DNA from: Chiloscyllium plagiosum
Taxonomy: Eukaryota
Direction of reading: 5' to 3'
Length of the DNA: 46,422 nt
Assembly (NCBI RefSeq): GCF_004010195.1
Contig: NC_057749.1
Span: 17,545,843 to 17,592,264 of the forward strand
Shown here: positions 44,534-46,422 of the stretch, piece after piece
Position numbering within the stretch: the first letter of the stretch is position 1
How the letters are laid out: each line of letters starts with the position of its first letter
Notes under the pieces: model-generated
What the model was told of the DNA's origin: nothing
Database searches by the model: none
Seen by the model: only the letters and a program-made list of their open reading frames with translations
Made by a program: the position numbers and the translations under genes

Positions 44534-44611
44534 AATCACACAACACCAGGTTATAGTCCAACAGGTTTAATTGGAAGCACACTAGCTTTCGGAGCGACGC
44601 TCCTTCATCAG
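44534..44611 (-). mobile_element. Penelope pLTR fragment (AGCU family) with intact hammerhead core
   Basis: Minus strand CUGAUGA-A-GGAGC guc GCUCC-GAAA-GCUA-GUG; the fragment ends exactly at the C of CUGAUGA. Confidence 0.85.
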
Positions 44612-45178
44612 AACAAAGAAAATTTACAGCCCTGGAACAGGCCCTTCAGCCTCTAAGCCTCAGCCGATCGAAATGTACTGTCTATACCTGTCAGTCAATT
44701 CCGAAGCATCTGTATCCCTCTGCTCCCCACCTACTCTTACATCTGCCCAGACGCATCTTAAATGAATCTACCGTGCCTGCCACTACCACCTCTGCTGGCA
44801 ACGCGTTCCAGACGCCCACCACCCTCTCTGTGAAGTACTTGCCGCGTGTATCCCCCATAAACTTTCCACCTCTCACCTTGAAAGCATGACCTCTCGTTAC
44901 TTAATCCTTCACCCTGGGAAAAAGCTTGTCTCTATCCGCCCTGTCTATACCCTTCATGATTTTGTAAACCTCAATCAGGTCCCCCCTAAATCTCCTTTTT
45001 TCTAGTGAAAATAAACCTAACCTACTCAACCTCTCTTCATATCTAGCACCTTCCATACCAGGCAACATCCTCGGAAACCTTCTCTGCACCCTCTCCAAAG
45101 CGTCCACATCCTTTTGGTAATGTGGCGCCCAGAACTGTACACAGTATTCTAAATGCGGCCGAACCAAAGTCTTGTACA
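44612..45178 (-). mobile_element. 5'-truncated CR1 3' end
   Basis: [55 protein letters not shown]. Confidence 0.93.
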
Positions 45179-45202
45179 AAAATTGTATTCTTACACAATT
45201 CC

Positions 45203-46088
45203 CACTGCCGCAGACATCAGACCCAGAGTGTACACACTGTCACATACAGACTCAGTGTGTACACACTGCCGCTGACATCATTCTCAGTGTGTGCACACTG
45301 CCGCTGACATCATTCTCAGTGTGTACACACTGCCGCTGACATCATTCTCAGTGTGTACACACTGTCGCTGACATCATTCTCAGTGTGTACACACTGCCGC
45401 TGACATCATTCTCAGTGTGTACACACTGCCGCAGGCATCATTCTCAGTGTGTACACACTGCTGCTGATATCATTCTCAGTGTGTACACACTGCCGCTGAC
45501 ATCATTCTCAGTGTGTACACACTGCCGCTGACATCATTCTCAGTGTGTACACACTGCTGCTGACAGACTCAGTGGGTACACACTGCCGCTGATATCATTC
45601 TCAGTGTGTACACACTGCCGCTGACATCATTCTCAGTGTGTACACACTGCCGCTGACAGACTCAGTGGGTACACACTGCCGCTGACATCATTCTCAGTGT
45701 GTACACACTGCCGCTGACACCATTCTCAGTGTGTACACACTGCCGCAGACACACTAAGTGTGTACACACTGCAGCTGACATCATTCTCAGAGTGGACACA
45801 CTGCTGCTGACATCATTCTCAGTGTGTACACACTGCCACTGACATCATTCTCAGTGGGTACACACTGCTGCTGACAGACTCAGTGTGTACACACTGCCGC
45901 TGACATCATTCTCAGTGTGTACACACTGCCGCTGACATCATTCTCAGTGTGTACACACTGCCGCAGACACACTAACTGTGTACACACTGCAGCTGACATC
46001 ATTCTCAGAGTGGACACACTGCCGCTGACATCATTCTCAGTGTGTACACACTGCTGCTGACATCATTCTCAGTGTGTACACACTGCCT
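45203..46088. repeat. 32-bp minisatellite (with 29-bp variants), about 27 copies, each with a 16-bp palindrome
   Basis: Unit cactgccgctgacatcattctcagtgtgtaca; cagtgtgtacacactg across the unit junction is self-complementary. Confidence 0.97.
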
Positions 46089-46299
46089 GCAATTCAATGG
46101 AGCACCACAGGTGTGTACATTGCCAAATACTGTCTGATACATTTCTTTCTGTTGCTGTGAAACTAGGTCTTCCTCGATATGTGGATTGGGGCAACCTAAA
46201 GGATGCCAGCAGGAAATTATTTGGAAATTATTTGAATAGCAGTCACTGAGGCAGTTTTCAGCAGGATGGTCAAATCCTTGCAGTTACTGCAGTGCACCG

Positions 46300-46422
46300 A
46301 ACACAGGTCATCACTGAACCCTCACTGCAGTTAATGCGATGTACCTAACACAGGTCACCACTGACCCCTCACTGCAGTTAATGCAATGTACCTAACACAG
46401 GTCATCACTGACCCCTCACTGC
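46300..46422. repeat. 47-bp tandem repeat running off the window end
   Basis: aacacaggtca recurs at 46300, 46347 and 46394. Confidence 0.92.

Noticed and set aside
45203..46088. CRISPR array (palindromic repeats at about 32-bp period)
   Set aside because: Intervening sequences are near-identical rather than unique spacers, there are no cas genes, and the context is a vertebrate genome.

Overview
Eukaryotic, repeat-dense, apparently intronic or intergenic DNA. The repeat complement (HE1-type V-SINEs with their partner CR1 LINEs, a Deu-domain SINE, Penelope-like elements) points to a cartilaginous fish, probably a shark (inference). I find no convincing host protein-coding exon; almost every ORF in the track is a fragment of a decayed retroelement. 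Contents: many CR1 fragments, one carrying an SGNH-esterase ORF1 plus APE-RT ORF2; a near full-length decayed L1 (21068-26552, minus) with ORF1, ORF2 and a 5' YY1-type motif; Tx1/L1, Rex1 and L2-like fragments; five near-complete HE1 SINEs; three minisatellites (70, 32 and 47 bp units); and two N gaps. The most striking signal is about 20 Penelope-derived pieces. Most are 80-500 bp, many fold back into long near-perfect palindromes, many are flanked by 9-18 bp target-site duplications, and most carry a minimal hammerhead ribozyme motif (CUGANGA-stem II-GAAA-palindrome), in at least three sequence families. A 5'-truncated Neptune-type element with a GIY-YIG ORF (27216-28096) ends in the same hammerhead module and links the largest family to an autonomous partner. 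Boundaries of old repeats are approximate, read by eye.
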